DNA of 64,000 nucleotides from a virus. The stretch is from positions 14,190 through 78,189 of IMG/VR virus record IMGVR_UViG_3300035698_014118, one strand, 5' to 3'. Each line of letters opens with the position of its first letter. Position 1 is the stretch's first letter. The notes below the pieces were generated by a model. The model had not been told where the DNA came from. It saw only the letters and a list, made by a program, of their open reading frames with translations, and did no database searches. The position numbers and the translations under genes were made by a program. Of this stretch, positions 10,901-21,695 are shown piece after piece.

Positions 10901-11749
10901 AAAATAACAGGAGAAGAAGATATAACCAAATCTCCTTGGGCAAGTTGTTGTGCACAAGATATTGATTGGCAAAATAGAGTTAAGTTACAAGCAGAAGCTA
11001 CCAAACATATTGATCATTCTATATCGTCTACTGTCAATTTGCCTGAAGATGCCACTGTAGAAGATGTTGCTAAGATATACGAAGAAGCATGGAAAGCTGG
11101 ATGTAAAGGCATTACGGTATATCGTGAAAATTCCAGAGCAGGCGTTTTGATTGATAATAAACCAGACAAGAAAAAGAAAGAAGACGACGATTGCATTGAT
11201 TGCAAAAGACCTCCAAAAAGAGAGTTTATCGATAAGATCAACAAAAATCATGCTCCTAAGCGACCTAATACGCTGCCATGCAACATATATCACGTAAGTG
11301 TTAAAGGCGAAACGTATTTTGTTATTGTTGGCTTGTTGGCAGATGAACCATATGAAGTATTCGCTGGCAAAAACGGACAAATTAAAAAGAATGTAAAGAA
11401 AGGCGTTGTTACTAAAGTAAAAAGAGGTCAATATAAATTAGTATTAGAGGATGGAACAGAGATAGAAAACCTTGGAGATTATTCAAGCGAAAATGAAGAA
11501 GCAGTAAACAGGATGACATCTACTTCTTTGCGTCATGGAGCGGACATATCGTTTGTTGTTCATCAACTTGAAAAGGTCAAAGGCGATTTAATGAGTTTAG
11601 CTAAATCTATGTCTAGAACTCTAAAGAAGTACATAGAAGATGGAACTAGAGTAACAGGGGAAACCTGTGAAGAATGTAAGATGGATAGCCTTGTGCGAGA
11701 GCAAGGGTGTGTAAGTTGCCTAAATTGCGGGTGGAGTCGCTGCTCCTAA
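7982..11749 (+). CDS. nrdJ: class II (B12-dependent) ribonucleotide reductase, intein-containing
   Basis: LSNC, RRGGVG, TNPCSE, TAPAGSVS, GCKGITVYR, C-terminal TSCPD/Zn ribbon. No nrdB in the window. Confidence 0.9.
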   Translation: MTVKFGKSKTSISTISYDEAFKASLEYFKGNDLAAKVFLDKYALRNKEQELLEATPADLHKRIAKELSRIEKKKFKKPLSFDTIYSYLDHFKKIIPQGSPMYGIGNTFQYVTLSNCFAPGTKILTDIGVKRIEKVNIGDKVITKTGVIHAVEQIHNNVVNDRQLYEIKCYRTPTLQVTGNHEFWSITKEQQEWGEEVQWNSIDQLRKGDFIAIPCKNEIAAEPTIINVRNEFDLCDLTDTIEYTYALSGCYNQEKMITTSHWIGGNGAKGHKEHRPINVKWTVDKEFSRFLGLWYGDGCIFCEGGSGHNRNRIRGITFTFGSDEENLIEFVSSYGTKLFGILPDINNNSGIDGTVQIVFHSFLIGKVFEQMFGRGCSGKKMYTPAFKWSNYLIESLLVGMIESDGTVTKEGQVRIVLNNRNLIESCYHLARSIGLPVGITHGIEPHKYSRINFPQNSRLLNNVKKSYNDDRIKKAISTKESLVKILKKDGYLLVRIDKKNKIESNPTDVVYNLGISGEHSYNVEGLICKNCYVIASPADAYSGICHADQELVQISKRRGGVGLDISNLRPVGTATSNAAKSSTGILSFMQRYSNSIREVGQHGRRGALLISMSVHHPEILRFAKSKRDLQKITGANISIKLTDEFLEAVKKNKKYEVRWPVDSKNPTIKQEIDAKEVWMTIIENAHATGEPGLLFWDKIISESPADCYAEFGYATISTNPCSELPLSAYDSCRLLVLNTLTYVKNPFTKEAVFDYEEFYKDAQIAQRLMDDICDLEIESVMRILEKIRNDPESDELKNVELKLWKKIKKRCSHGRRTGTGVTAVGDTLAALGIKYGSSDSIKTVGDIYKTLKLGCYRSSVDMAKELGPFKVWNHKLEKQNPYLLRIKEEDKVLWQDMKKFGRRNIACLTTAPAGSVSILTETTSGIEPLFQMQYKRRKKVNPNDSDIRIDFVDKTGDTWQEFIVYHPQVTTWTKITGEEDITKSPWASCCAQDIDWQNRVKLQAEATKHIDHSISSTVNLPEDATVEDVAKIYEEAWKAGCKGITVYRENSRAGVLIDNKPDKKKKEDDDCIDCKRPPKREFIDKINKNHAPKRPNTLPCNIYHVSVKGETYFVIVGLLADEPYEVFAGKNGQIKKNVKKGVVTKVKRGQYKLVLEDGTEIENLGDYSSENEEAVNRMTSTSLRHGADISFVVHQLEKVKGDLMSLAKSMSRTLKKYIEDGTRVTGETCEECKMDSLVREQGCVSCLNCGWSRCS
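8327..9571 (+). mobile_element. 415-aa intein with a LAGLIDADG endonuclease, in NrdJ
   Basis: Starts CFAPGTKI after LSN; TGNH block B; LGLWYGDG and VGMIESDG; ends VYNLGI..CKN before extein Cys. Confidence 0.9.
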
Positions 11750-11827
11750 TCACATTTATACCAGGATAAATGAAGGAGATATACATTAGATATGTAACCT
11801 GTAGATAGAACTATAAGGAGATATCTT

Positions 11828-12574
11828 ATGAGAAAATCCAACAGGCTTATAGATTTAACTGGAAAAATCGCAGGTAACTGGATGGTTATTGAAAGAGATA
11901 CCAAAAACCATAAAGGAAATTCGGCGTATTGGGTGTGCAGGTGCAAATGTGGTAATGAAAAAGCATTGCGTTCTGATGTCATACGTAAGCATTTACCTAA
12001 ATCTTGTGGGTGTGCTAACTTCCGGGTATCGACAGGAGACAAGATAGGCCATTTAACAGTTGTTGGTCGTGACAATAAACCAATCAGGAATAGAAGCAGA
12101 AGTGTATTCTGGATATGTCAATGTAGTTGTGGAAAACAAATTAGTATATCCTCTGCGGCATTGAAATATGGTTGTAACAGGTCTTGTGGTTGTAAAATGA
12201 ATAGAGTAGGTACAGAACATCCATGTTTTGCTGGATATAAAGAATTACCGAAATCAATCATTGCTCGTGCAAAAAGTGGAGCTAGAATTAGGAACTTGGT
12301 ATTTGATGTATCTGCTAAATATTTATATGAATTATACATTAAACAAAACAAATGTTGTATATTATCTGGATTACCTATAGTTTTTGGTAATAAAAGTCGA
12401 GACAAAACAAAAGCTATAGAATGTACCGCGAGCTTGGACAGAATCGATTCTACTAAGGGGTACATAAAAGGCAACGTTCAGTGGATGCACAAAACAGTAA
12501 ACCTAATGAAAAATAAATTAGATCAAGCATATTTTATTGATATGTGCGTACATATATCAAATAAATGCAATTAA
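11828..12574 (+). CDS. free-standing HNH-type homing endonuclease
   Basis: Repeated W.C.C.CG..SCGC units; ASLDRIDSTKGYIKGNVQW..VNLMK. Confidence 0.8.
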   Translation: MRKSNRLIDLTGKIAGNWMVIERDTKNHKGNSAYWVCRCKCGNEKALRSDVIRKHLPKSCGCANFRVSTGDKIGHLTVVGRDNKPIRNRSRSVFWICQCSCGKQISISSAALKYGCNRSCGCKMNRVGTEHPCFAGYKELPKSIIARAKSGARIRNLVFDVSAKYLYELYIKQNKCCILSGLPIVFGNKSRDKTKAIECTASLDRIDSTKGYIKGNVQWMHKTVNLMKNKLDQAYFIDMCVHISNKCN

Positions 12575-12589
12575 GAAAGGAAATGTATA

Positions 12590-13018
12590 TTGAAAATTGA
12601 AATTAAGAAGTTAAGAGAAGATGCTGTTATCCCTAAGTACCAGACTACAGGTGCAGCAGGATTTGATATTCACTCTTTAACAGAAGGTTTTGTAGAAGCA
12701 GAAAATAAACTTATTGTTGATACAGGATTAGCGTTTGCTATTCCCGAAGGTTATGAACTTCAAATACGTCCTAGAAGTGGATTGGCTTTTAAGTATAACA
12801 TAACAATTATTAATTCGCCTGGTACGTTAGATTCTGATTATCGCGGCGAGCTGAAAGTTGCTTTATTCAACTTGTCAAAGGTCACACGACTTGAAGTCAA
12901 GATGGGTGATCGAATAGCACAATGCATTGTCAATAAGATAGAGCAAGCTGAAATTCTTGTAGTTAATGAGTTAAGCGAAACAGAAAGAGGCGATAACGGC
13001 TTCGGCTCTACTGGATAA
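12590..13018 (+). CDS. dut: dUTP diphosphatase
   Basis: AAGFD, RPRSG, GTLDSDYRGE, RIAQ, RGDNGFGSTG. Confidence 0.95.
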   Translation: MKIEIKKLREDAVIPKYQTTGAAGFDIHSLTEGFVEAENKLIVDTGLAFAIPEGYELQIRPRSGLAFKYNITIINSPGTLDSDYRGELKVALFNLSKVTRLEVKMGDRIAQCIVNKIEQAEILVVNELSETERGDNGFGSTG

Positions 13019-13040
13019 ATAAAGGTTTTTCAAGGGAACG

Positions 13041-13074
13041 ACGATAGTATGTACGTATACATACTATCGTTTTT
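13041..13074 (+). terminator. probable intrinsic terminator
   Basis: Perfect 13-bp stem ACGATAGTATGTA/TACATACTATCGT followed by a T tract, just after dut. Confidence 0.6.
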
Positions 13075-13094
13075 CATGTACATAGAAGGATAAA

Positions 13095-16000
13095 ATGAGC
13101 GCTAAAATATTCGTAGCTACTAACGGGGACGACGCTGGCGGTGACGGCAGTTTCCAAAATCCTTATAGGACTATTGATAAAGCCAGACAAGCTTTACGCG
13201 ATGTTGATGATAAAACCAATGCAGTTGTCATATTGAGAGAAGGGACATATTACATCAGTAGTACTGTTGAATTTGATTCTGGGGATGCAGGTGTAGAAGA
13301 TTCACCCATCACTTATATGTCTATGGCTGGTGAGACAGCTACCATTAGTGGCGGAAGTATTATCTACGGGACATGGGAAGCTATGGGTAGTGGTATTTAC
13401 CGTATATCAACTACATTATCTTTTAGGCAGTTATATGTAAATGGTCGCAGAGCCACAAGAGCCAAAAGTCCTTATTATTTAATTACAAAATACGAGCCTA
13501 TTATTGAAGGTGACGTTGTTACTAACGGTATATCTGGTCGCATTATAGTTCCTCAAGAACAAGTAACAATATATAGTAATCTTATTGGTGTTGAGATGAA
13601 GTTAAAAAGAAAATGGGCACAACATACACTAAGAATAGCTAGTATAGATAACGATGTTCGTGCTGGTGATGTAGTTAGTGATACTTCTAATTATAGAGCT
13701 ATTAGTTTTGAAGCTGAAGAAACAGCTATTTTACCAGTATTTAAACTAAGAGCAAATGTAGATTATTACTTCTTTGAACACGCCCAAGAATTTCTTACAG
13801 ATACAGATGAATGGTGGTTAGATGATGCAAATAATTATTTATATTACAAACCAGTTATAGGTGAAACAATAACAGAAAGTGATTTTATAGTTCCTGTTGT
13901 AGAAAATCTAATTCATTTTAATGGTACTACAAATATTGTTATACAAGGTATAGAGTTCCAACATGCTTCTTGGGAACGTCCTAGTGATGAAGGTTTTCTG
14001 GGACAACAGGGCGGTTTTTACGAGACATCAACTGTCTTCTACGGTGGAGCATTATATGTCCCAGAATCTGCAATACAAATAAATAATTCTACCAATATCA
14101 AATTATATAAATGTAGAGTAGAACATTGCGGAGGATGTGGTATAGGTTTTGGTAAATATTCTGATGATAATATAATTTCTTGGTGCCATATAGAGGATAT
14201 ATCTTGTATCGGAATTTGTATTGCGCCATTTACAGATGATGTATCAACAACTTTATTAACGCTGGATAATATTAGTGTAACTAATACAATCGTTAAATAT
14301 ATAGGTAAAAACTATTATGGTTCCACTGGTATATTTTGTCCATATACAACTAACACTACAATTAATCATAATGAAATATCATATACTCCTTATACATCTA
14401 TACACGGTTCATTAGGAAATAGCGACGAGGAAAATAATCTTTATGAATATAATCATATTCATCATTTTATGTCTGAAACAGCAGATGGTGCAGCAATGTA
14501 TTGTTCGGGTGCAGTGATTTTCGATAATCTTAAATGGAGATATAACTATATCCACGATGTTGTTATTTCTGATTATAGCAGTGCCCCAGGAGGCGCACAT
14601 GCTGCATGGTATTGTGACCAAATTGGTTCTTCTGGTATAGAACTAGCATATTCTATTGCTAATATGAATTATGTTGGGACAGCAAATGTCACTGCATTAT
14701 GGGCCTATTGGGCTGGCAACGATGTTCATGATCTTGAATATGATGTAACTGCAAACGAAATTGCTTATAATGCTGGACCTCAATATACTATCATTCGACC
14801 GAATGATACTTACAGACTTAATTATGGTGAAATTGTTAAGTTTGTTGGCGAAGATGGCGAACAAGCTTATGTTGTTATTAATGGTGTTAAATATACCGTC
14901 AAAAATGAAAGTGGAGTTGCAGTTTGGTATCTAGGAGATGAAAAACAATATACATTTTCTTCTCTTGGAAGTTCATTTACAGGAGATGCTGATGCGCAAC
15001 CTTATCAAGTAACATATGCTGCTGAAGGTAGCTTTATTCTAGAAATATCTACAGCAACTAGTGAATTGGTAAATGGAACGGTTGTCGCATATAGAGAAAA
15101 TGATTCAGACAGTGAAGCTTTTGCAGATGAGTATCTTGAAAAATGGGGTTTGGATTCTACTCATAAAATATCAGTCCAATGCAGCACTACCGAAATACTT
15201 TCATCTTATTCTGTATTCTTGTCCGAAGTAGAAAACCCTATTATTGCATCTATAGCTGTGTTGCCATTTACGACATTAGTAATTGTCTTGGGATTCAATG
15301 TGCCAGGTGGATTTATAGACGATGGAGATATAATTTCATCCACTTCTAGAATATCGCGAATATTAAATGCTTATTCTAAAAAGACTGAAAACTCCATGTT
15401 TGATTTGAAAGATTTCAAACGATACACGGATATCACTGACAATACAGATAGAGGCTTAATAGTTGGCAGAATAGATGCTCCTACACTATCCGATGCATTG
15501 AAAATTATATCTTTTGGACAAGAACTTAGAAATCAAGCTCAGGTAACAGGAAGATTTTACTTTGATCCATATTCTAATATGTCAGGTTCTCAAGCGAGTT
15601 CATACTATGACGAGTTAAATAACTTCTCTACAAGAGTTTTACCTTCTTTGAATTTGAAAACATGCTCAACTACGTTCGTAGACCCTTACGTAGATGTAGT
15701 TTTGCCTTACCTGCAACATGATGCTTTTTCTTGGTCATGGTTTACAGATAGAACCGACTTGTCATTTTTCAGAGATACCGATACAGCTAGAGCGTTTTTG
15801 TACAATGCAGACTATGACGGTGGATATACTTTAAGGTCTACAGAAGAAGGATATTGGGTACCTTTTGCTTTGAGTTCTGGATATGTATCAGCGGCTGGCG
15901 CGTTATCTGATCCGTCAATAGATGGCTTCTTAAGACCAACGCCATTCTTCATAGCATTACTCCAAGGTGCTACGTTGGGAGAATCTTTCTTGTATTCTAC

Positions 16001-16829
16001 TCCATTCTTAGATTGGACACTAGGATTCTTTGGCGATCCTTTGGTATCGTTTATATTCCCTGGTCGAGCGACATTCACTGAAACTTTAGAAGAACCAGAC
16101 GAATCGGAATCTTGGAATGAAATGAATGTAGATTTGGCTAAAGCTATATCCTATTACTACAAACGAGAAAATGATTTTATAGATATTAGAAACAGAATAG
16201 TATTTAGCACAGATGTAGCAACTGAAGTTGATTTACTATATCCTGCACAAGCTTTAGTTTTGAATAATGGATTGGATAAAAGACGCTCTATCTTTGGAAA
16301 AATATCTAGTGATCTTTTGCAATTTGTTTCTGACAGATTAAGAAATGGTGTAAATGCAGAAGACCCACAGAGTGTAACTATAAACCAGTTCTTGGATTTC
16401 TCTGATTACAAACTAAGCAGAGTAATCACAGAAAGCTCTCTGTACGATTACGGAGTAGAAGATGTTTATTTGTATGACGAAGGGTACTGGGAATTTGAAA
16501 TAGATATACTCAATGATGATGAAGATGTATTTTCCAAATACTTCTTCGAACTAGATGTTTCTCTACAAGCGGACTTTTCTAATATTGTAGTAAGCGTAGA
16601 TTCGTATGCCGATACTACAAATTGGGAATATGAAAAATACGAAAATGAATTTGTTAACATTCCTAGTGATGGAGTGGGTTCTAACTATGCTAGTAGAAGA
16701 ATAAAGTATACAAGCCGACCATCTGATTATCTATTCAGAGGCGAGTTGTATTATTACAGAATTAGGCAAAAAACAACAGAAACTACTTATGGTACTTATA
16801 GGTATTTTAACCAGATTATTTATACATAA
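13095..16829 (+). CDS. right-handed beta-helix protein fused to a TIGR03790-like domain
   Basis: N-terminal FVATNGDD..GSFQNPYRTI..LREGTY, RQLYVNGRRA; C-terminal GRIDAPT, GATLGES, GDPL. Confidence 0.65.
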   Translation: MSAKIFVATNGDDAGGDGSFQNPYRTIDKARQALRDVDDKTNAVVILREGTYYISSTVEFDSGDAGVEDSPITYMSMAGETATISGGSIIYGTWEAMGSGIYRISTTLSFRQLYVNGRRATRAKSPYYLITKYEPIIEGDVVTNGISGRIIVPQEQVTIYSNLIGVEMKLKRKWAQHTLRIASIDNDVRAGDVVSDTSNYRAISFEAEETAILPVFKLRANVDYYFFEHAQEFLTDTDEWWLDDANNYLYYKPVIGETITESDFIVPVVENLIHFNGTTNIVIQGIEFQHASWERPSDEGFLGQQGGFYETSTVFYGGALYVPESAIQINNSTNIKLYKCRVEHCGGCGIGFGKYSDDNIISWCHIEDISCIGICIAPFTDDVSTTLLTLDNISVTNTIVKYIGKNYYGSTGIFCPYTTNTTINHNEISYTPYTSIHGSLGNSDEENNLYEYNHIHHFMSETADGAAMYCSGAVIFDNLKWRYNYIHDVVISDYSSAPGGAHAAWYCDQIGSSGIELAYSIANMNYVGTANVTALWAYWAGNDVHDLEYDVTANEIAYNAGPQYTIIRPNDTYRLNYGEIVKFVGEDGEQAYVVINGVKYTVKNESGVAVWYLGDEKQYTFSSLGSSFTGDADAQPYQVTYAAEGSFILEISTATSELVNGTVVAYRENDSDSEAFADEYLEKWGLDSTHKISVQCSTTEILSSYSVFLSEVENPIIASIAVLPFTTLVIVLGFNVPGGFIDDGDIISSTSRISRILNAYSKKTENSMFDLKDFKRYTDITDNTDRGLIVGRIDAPTLSDALKIISFGQELRNQAQVTGRFYFDPYSNMSGSQASSYYDELNNFSTRVLPSLNLKTCSTTFVDPYVDVVLPYLQHDAFSWSWFTDRTDLSFFRDTDTARAFLYNADYDGGYTLRSTEEGYWVPFALSSGYVSAAGALSDPSIDGFLRPTPFFIALLQGATLGESFLYSTPFLDWTLGFFGDPLVSFIFPGRATFTETLEEPDESESWNEMNVDLAKAISYYYKRENDFIDIRNRIVFSTDVATEVDLLYPAQALVLNNGLDKRRSIFGKISSDLLQFVSDRLRNGVNAEDPQSVTINQFLDFSDYKLSRVITESSLYDYGVEDVYLYDEGYWEFEIDILNDDEDVFSKYFFELDVSLQADFSNIVVSVDSYADTTNWEYEKYENEFVNIPSDGVGSNYASRRIKYTSRPSDYLFRGELYYYRIRQKTTETTYGTYRYFNQIIYT

Positions 16830-16830
16830 T

Positions 16831-18084
16831 ATGACTTCCGAATTAAACAAAAAACTTGAAAACAATAATGTGCAAATTGGACAGAAGTTCGCAGACGTTT
16901 CTGATCGTATAAACATTACTATTGATGAAGATAATATTATACCTAAAGTTGTTATTCCTAATCCTTTATTCCCGCTTGTGCTGTATACTCCTGGATATTG
17001 GGCAAGTATGTATAGTTTAGATAATGGAGGTTCTATTGCAACCGCACAAGCTTCTCAATATCTTGAAAACTTATTAAATATAGGTGTGACGACAACAATG
17101 TTGAATGAATCGGTAAATGAAGTAATATATGAAGAAGTACTTAATTGGGGAGCAAATTTAATACGTTCATATGATATGACTGTCGGCCTTTTTGTGTATC
17201 CTTTTCATCATGGATGGAATGGAAATGATTCAATGTCTCCTGACGGTGCAACTTGGGGAGGAGATACTAGTAAACATATGGAAGTCTACCATACTTCATA
17301 TATTCTTGGAGCTTCGTACTATAATGCAGTATGCCCTGGTTATAGAGGAACATTATATCAATCTACATTGAATCGTTTGACTGCATATGTAGCAGCATGT
17401 AATCCATCTTTTATATATTCTGATGATGAGTTGTTTAGAGCACCTGGTACTGTTGAAAATTCAGACCCTGGAATTATTGCTACTTGCACTAGATGTGGTT
17501 CTGTGGAAAAGCACACACAAAATCATAAAGATATTGCAACAGCTATGGTAACTATAGCAGCCTCTGCGAGTAACAATCCTGAAGGAGTATGTATGTTTTA
17601 TGGAGGATATTATGGAGGTTTAACATGGCCCTGTGATGTAGGAAGTGCATTTAGTCCTCAAATGTACTATTTATCAGATCCTGCATATTATGCTCCATAT
17701 GAAAATCCTTTAGATGCTTTAAGGGAACGATGTCGTAATGGTTTTAGAACTCAATACAGATATCCCTGGATCGGTGTTTCTGGTGCTTTTCCCAGTACAG
17801 ATTTATATCAAATGAAAGCCGGTTTTGACATAGATGTACCTCCAGATGGTACTAGCGGATATTACAAAACTATAAATGATTTTTATGATATATGTACAGT
17901 AATAGCAGAAGAAGGAGCACATGGAATTTACGTATCCCCAGGACCGGCTGGTTTTATATCTTACAAACCAGGATATTCCGAATACTGGGAATCTTATAGA
18001 TTAAATCTTTTAAAAACTGCTATAGAAGCATTTAGTAATCACTATAATATTACTTATAGAACTAATATATCAACGCTAATTTAA
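16831..18084 (+). CDS. hypothetical protein, possibly glycoside-hydrolase-like
   Basis: Long Y/G/W-rich ORF following the previous gene. Confidence 0.5.
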   Translation: MTSELNKKLENNNVQIGQKFADVSDRINITIDEDNIIPKVVIPNPLFPLVLYTPGYWASMYSLDNGGSIATAQASQYLENLLNIGVTTTMLNESVNEVIYEEVLNWGANLIRSYDMTVGLFVYPFHHGWNGNDSMSPDGATWGGDTSKHMEVYHTSYILGASYYNAVCPGYRGTLYQSTLNRLTAYVAACNPSFIYSDDELFRAPGTVENSDPGIIATCTRCGSVEKHTQNHKDIATAMVTIAASASNNPEGVCMFYGGYYGGLTWPCDVGSAFSPQMYYLSDPAYYAPYENPLDALRERCRNGFRTQYRYPWIGVSGAFPSTDLYQMKAGFDIDVPPDGTSGYYKTINDFYDICTVIAEEGAHGIYVSPGPAGFISYKPGYSEYWESYRLNLLKTAIEAFSNHYNITYRTNISTLI

Positions 18085-18154
18085 AAAGTCAAGAAGTTAA
18101 ATTATCTAAAGTTTTCTAGAGGTTATATCTGAATAAAACCAGAATGATATTATC

Positions 18155-18421
18155 ATGCTAAGTACAACAGATTATCAATATATAACTGACAAAATTGCTG
18201 ATGCCCAGCAACAAAGCTATAATTCTTTAGAAGCTTTATCTTCTATACTTTTATCTTTGAGTTATTTAACTAGTACTGCTGTTAATTCAATACCAGAAAA
18301 TTTTACTCTTCATACTCAGAATGCTTATAGTTATATAGTAACCTATGACATATTAGATAGCAGATTGATGCATGATATGACAAAAGCTCTTCAGAATCAT
18401 ATTCTTGTTCATTGGGATTAA
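18155..18421 (+). CDS. hypothetical protein
   Basis: ORF only. Confidence 0.5.
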   Translation: MLSTTDYQYITDKIADAQQQSYNSLEALSSILLSLSYLTSTAVNSIPENFTLHTQNAYSYIVTYDILDSRLMHDMTKALQNHILVHWD

Positions 18422-18468
18422 AATGACTCTATTGAAGGAGTAATGTAGTTATTACATAAGAAACAATT

Positions 18469-20346
18469 ATGCCAAGAAAGAAGTATAAATCTGTACAAGA
18501 CATGGTAGATACCATGAAGCAAACAATACAGCCTGTTGCTTCTAAAGGTCTTCCAGACATTATGACTTTTTGCGAGAGCAAAAATTATCTAGGACTTCCA
18601 CATCTAACCAACCCTATTAATCTTTATCCTGCGCAAAGGATAATTCTAAAAGCTTTCTATAGAGGCTCTATAGGAAATGAGAATATATTTTTGACGGATG
18701 AAGAAACAGAGCTATGTGAACAATGGGGTTTAAATTGTGCAGACAACGGAGATGTTTTAGGGAAATACGAAAATGATGAAATATTTCGTGAACTAGTATT
18801 AGTCTGGGGACGACGTTCAGGTAAAGACTTTATATCTAGTATCGTAGCTTTGTACGAAGCTGCAAGACTTCTTGAATGCGAAGGTGGTGATCCGTATGCC
18901 ATCTATAAAATATCTTCAGCTAACCCTATTACAATTCTTACCGTTGCTACTGCTGGCGGTCAGGCTAATATTGCATTTAGAGAAATTAAAGAAAAACTTC
19001 TTGGTAGCAAATATTTCGCTGATAAGCTTCTAAAAGATGGTATAGGAACTTCTCAAATTTGGCTTATGACACCAAAGGACAAAAAAGACAATGAACTCTT
19101 TACTAAGAAGGGTTTGCCTTTGAAAAAGGGTTCTATCTGTATAGAAGTAGGTCATAGTAACTCTGACTCTTTGTTGGGTAAAGGTATTTTTGTTCTTATT
19201 CTTGATGAAGTTGCAGCTTATAAACAAACAGGAAGTTCTTCTTCAGGCGAACGTATTTATACAGCTTTGACTCCTGCACTTAATACATATATGAGGAGAA
19301 TACCTGTTCTAGATAAAAATGGTCAACCTATTTTAGATGAAGATGGAGAAGTTAAAAAAAGAATAATCTATGACAGTAAAATCGTAAGCATCTCTTCTCC
19401 TAGAGGTAAAGAAGGTATATTCTGGAAGTTGTTTACAGAAGACAAAGAAGTTCCTACTAGAATGTCATGTAGGCTACCGACTTGGATCGTTAATCCATTA
19501 CAGGATAAAGAAAGGCTTAGAGGAAGTGCTTCTAGCATGACTGAGGAAGAGTTCTATATGGAATATGGTGCTGAGTTCTCAGGTACTGCTGGTGAAAACT
19601 TCTTCCCTAAAGATTCAGTAGAAAAATGCTTCTTAAAAGGAAAAAGATTATCTGAAATAGGAAAACCGGGTTTTGCTTATTTTGCTCATTTGGACCCTGC
19701 TAGAACAAGTCATAACTATGCATTAGTTGTAGTTCATAGAGAGAATTTTATGAACGAAGAAACAATGAAAACAGATTTCTATATTGTTGTAGATCATATA
19801 AAATATTGGCATCCTTTACCGGGAAAACCAGTACAAGTTGAAGAAGTTAATGAATATGTTTTGAATCTTAGAAGAAGATTTAATTTAGTTCTAGTTACAT
19901 ACGATCAGTGGAATTCATCAGAGAGCATAAAGCTGTTAAGAAAACGAGGTATGCCAGCAAAATGTACCCAGTTTAACAAAAACTACAAAATTGCCATTTA
20001 TGACGAACTTTACAATATGGTTGTGGGTGGAAGATTAAAAATACCTTATCATAAACTTATGTCAGATGAGATGGTTCATTTACAAAGAAAATATACGCAT
20101 AATGGATACAAGGTTTATCCGATGACAGAGGGAGATGTCAGGACAGATGATTTAGTAGATGCATTAGCTGGTGCATGTTATAACACTGTTAATGCGTATG
20201 TCAATAGATTACCTACTGGCAAGCTAGTTCATACAGGTATAGTTCCATCAAACAATGAAAGAATGTGGCAGGGGATGCAGGGACCGATTGGATACGGTTC
20301 TGGTAAGCAAGTAGCAAGAAGGCTAGAAAGTAGAAAGCCTTTTTAG
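18469..20346 (+). CDS. terL: terminase large subunit
   Basis: Walker A WGRRSGKD, Walker B ILDEVA, ISSP, nuclease HLDPA / YDQWNS / DDLVDALAG. Confidence 0.9.
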   Translation: MPRKKYKSVQDMVDTMKQTIQPVASKGLPDIMTFCESKNYLGLPHLTNPINLYPAQRIILKAFYRGSIGNENIFLTDEETELCEQWGLNCADNGDVLGKYENDEIFRELVLVWGRRSGKDFISSIVALYEAARLLECEGGDPYAIYKISSANPITILTVATAGGQANIAFREIKEKLLGSKYFADKLLKDGIGTSQIWLMTPKDKKDNELFTKKGLPLKKGSICIEVGHSNSDSLLGKGIFVLILDEVAAYKQTGSSSSGERIYTALTPALNTYMRRIPVLDKNGQPILDEDGEVKKRIIYDSKIVSISSPRGKEGIFWKLFTEDKEVPTRMSCRLPTWIVNPLQDKERLRGSASSMTEEEFYMEYGAEFSGTAGENFFPKDSVEKCFLKGKRLSEIGKPGFAYFAHLDPARTSHNYALVVVHRENFMNEETMKTDFYIVVDHIKYWHPLPGKPVQVEEVNEYVLNLRRRFNLVLVTYDQWNSSESIKLLRKRGMPAKCTQFNKNYKIAIYDELYNMVVGGRLKIPYHKLMSDEMVHLQRKYTHNGYKVYPMTEGDVRTDDLVDALAGACYNTVNAYVNRLPTGKLVHTGIVPSNNERMWQGMQGPIGYGSGKQVARRLESRKPF

Positions 20347-20417
20347 TTAAAAATAAAGATAGATTTCATAAAGGTTATTGACTAACTGTACAGTAATGTT
20401 ATGAAAAGGAAACCACT

Positions 20418-21494
20418 ATGACCTCAAAATTCAACTTAAACAAAAAGAAAGAAGCTCAGTCAGTTATTCATGAGAAAATGCTCAATACTAACAGAGATAG
20501 TCATGATACCAAAGCTAATGATGATACTGGTAATTTGGATTGGCTATTAAAGGACGTTAGAAAAAATGACGCTGGTGATAAGATTCAAGAAAAACGTCTC
20601 GAAGATGTACGCGTTAGTAATGATAATGACATGATTATAGAGGGCGAACTCAACTCTGAAAAAGGTACTCTTAATAAGTTAAGAGTTAGTGACGATGAGT
20701 CTAAACCTCTTATGGATTATGCTATTCAATATGATATTGAAAGAGAAAAGGCTTTCAAAGAAGCTGATGATGTTGGCAAGAAGGATAGAGATACATCACT
20801 TTGGGACAAATATATTGGTGTTCAGTTGGATAACGAAAAGACTACTATAACCAATAATGTTCAACCAAGTCAGCTTTTATCTAACTATGATAGTAGAGAA
20901 GATATGTTTAAAAAAACCAAATCTAAAAAGGTTGCCCAGCTTATGACATCTTTGATGGATGCCGATGCTATGCTTTACCATATTTTCAGGACTGCATCGT
21001 CTGAAGGCAGAGAACTCGATAGCAATGAAACACATCAAATCCAAGATATTAATAGCGGGAAGATTAGAGTACTTGCTCAACTTGGTGAGGGATTTCCAAA
21101 CGAAGCGGACTTTAATCCAGCAGAAAGATTAGAAGAAGATAGGTATGAAGCAACAGCATTGAGGGGAGAACAAGAAGAAGAGGTTGGGGAATCTAGAATA
21201 TCAGCACTTCCAGATTGGGCCGAATATATGAAGGTAGATGAAGCGATAGAAACTTTACCTATTACAAATGCTACTAGACAAGAACTTTTAGATGCTATGC
21301 CTGATGCGTATGCAGATGTTCCTTATTCAGAAACTCCTCCGGAGCCAGATGCAAATCCAGATAAGAAGCTTTCTAGAATTTGGGATGAATTAAGTCAAGC
21401 CGCTCAGAATGATATTGTTCAGTCCTATGAGAGCGAAAACCTTGAACGAAAACAATGGACTGATCCTGTTGGCGGTCCTTTGCCGAGATTTTAA
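20418..21494 (+). CDS. hypothetical head-module protein
   Basis: FNLNKKKEAQ start; I.EK.L repeats like those in the 2010-aa protein. Confidence 0.6.
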   Translation: MTSKFNLNKKKEAQSVIHEKMLNTNRDSHDTKANDDTGNLDWLLKDVRKNDAGDKIQEKRLEDVRVSNDNDMIIEGELNSEKGTLNKLRVSDDESKPLMDYAIQYDIEREKAFKEADDVGKKDRDTSLWDKYIGVQLDNEKTTITNNVQPSQLLSNYDSREDMFKKTKSKKVAQLMTSLMDADAMLYHIFRTASSEGRELDSNETHQIQDINSGKIRVLAQLGEGFPNEADFNPAERLEEDRYEATALRGEQEEEVGESRISALPDWAEYMKVDEAIETLPITNATRQELLDAMPDAYADVPYSETPPEPDANPDKKLSRIWDELSQAAQNDIVQSYESENLERKQWTDPVGGPLPRF

Positions 21495-21691
21495 TGAAAA
21501 AGATAACAACGAAACAATTTAAAGCGTCTGAAAATCTGAATGAACGCAAAGTTAGAGTACATACCTATATCGATATATGGGTACCTCGTTCTGGTGACGA
21601 TTTGGCAGATCAAGAAGTTGCAAGAAGAAAAGCAGAAGAATACGTCATGGAAATACCAAATGCGTTCATCTCTGATGTGGATGCTTGGTAA
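21494..21691 (+). CDS. hypothetical protein
   Basis: Coupled to the upstream stop (TAATG). Confidence 0.5.
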   Translation: MKKITTKQFKASENLNERKVRVHTYIDIWVPRSGDDLADQEVARRKAEEYVMEIPNAFISDVDAW

Positions 21692-21695
21692 TAAA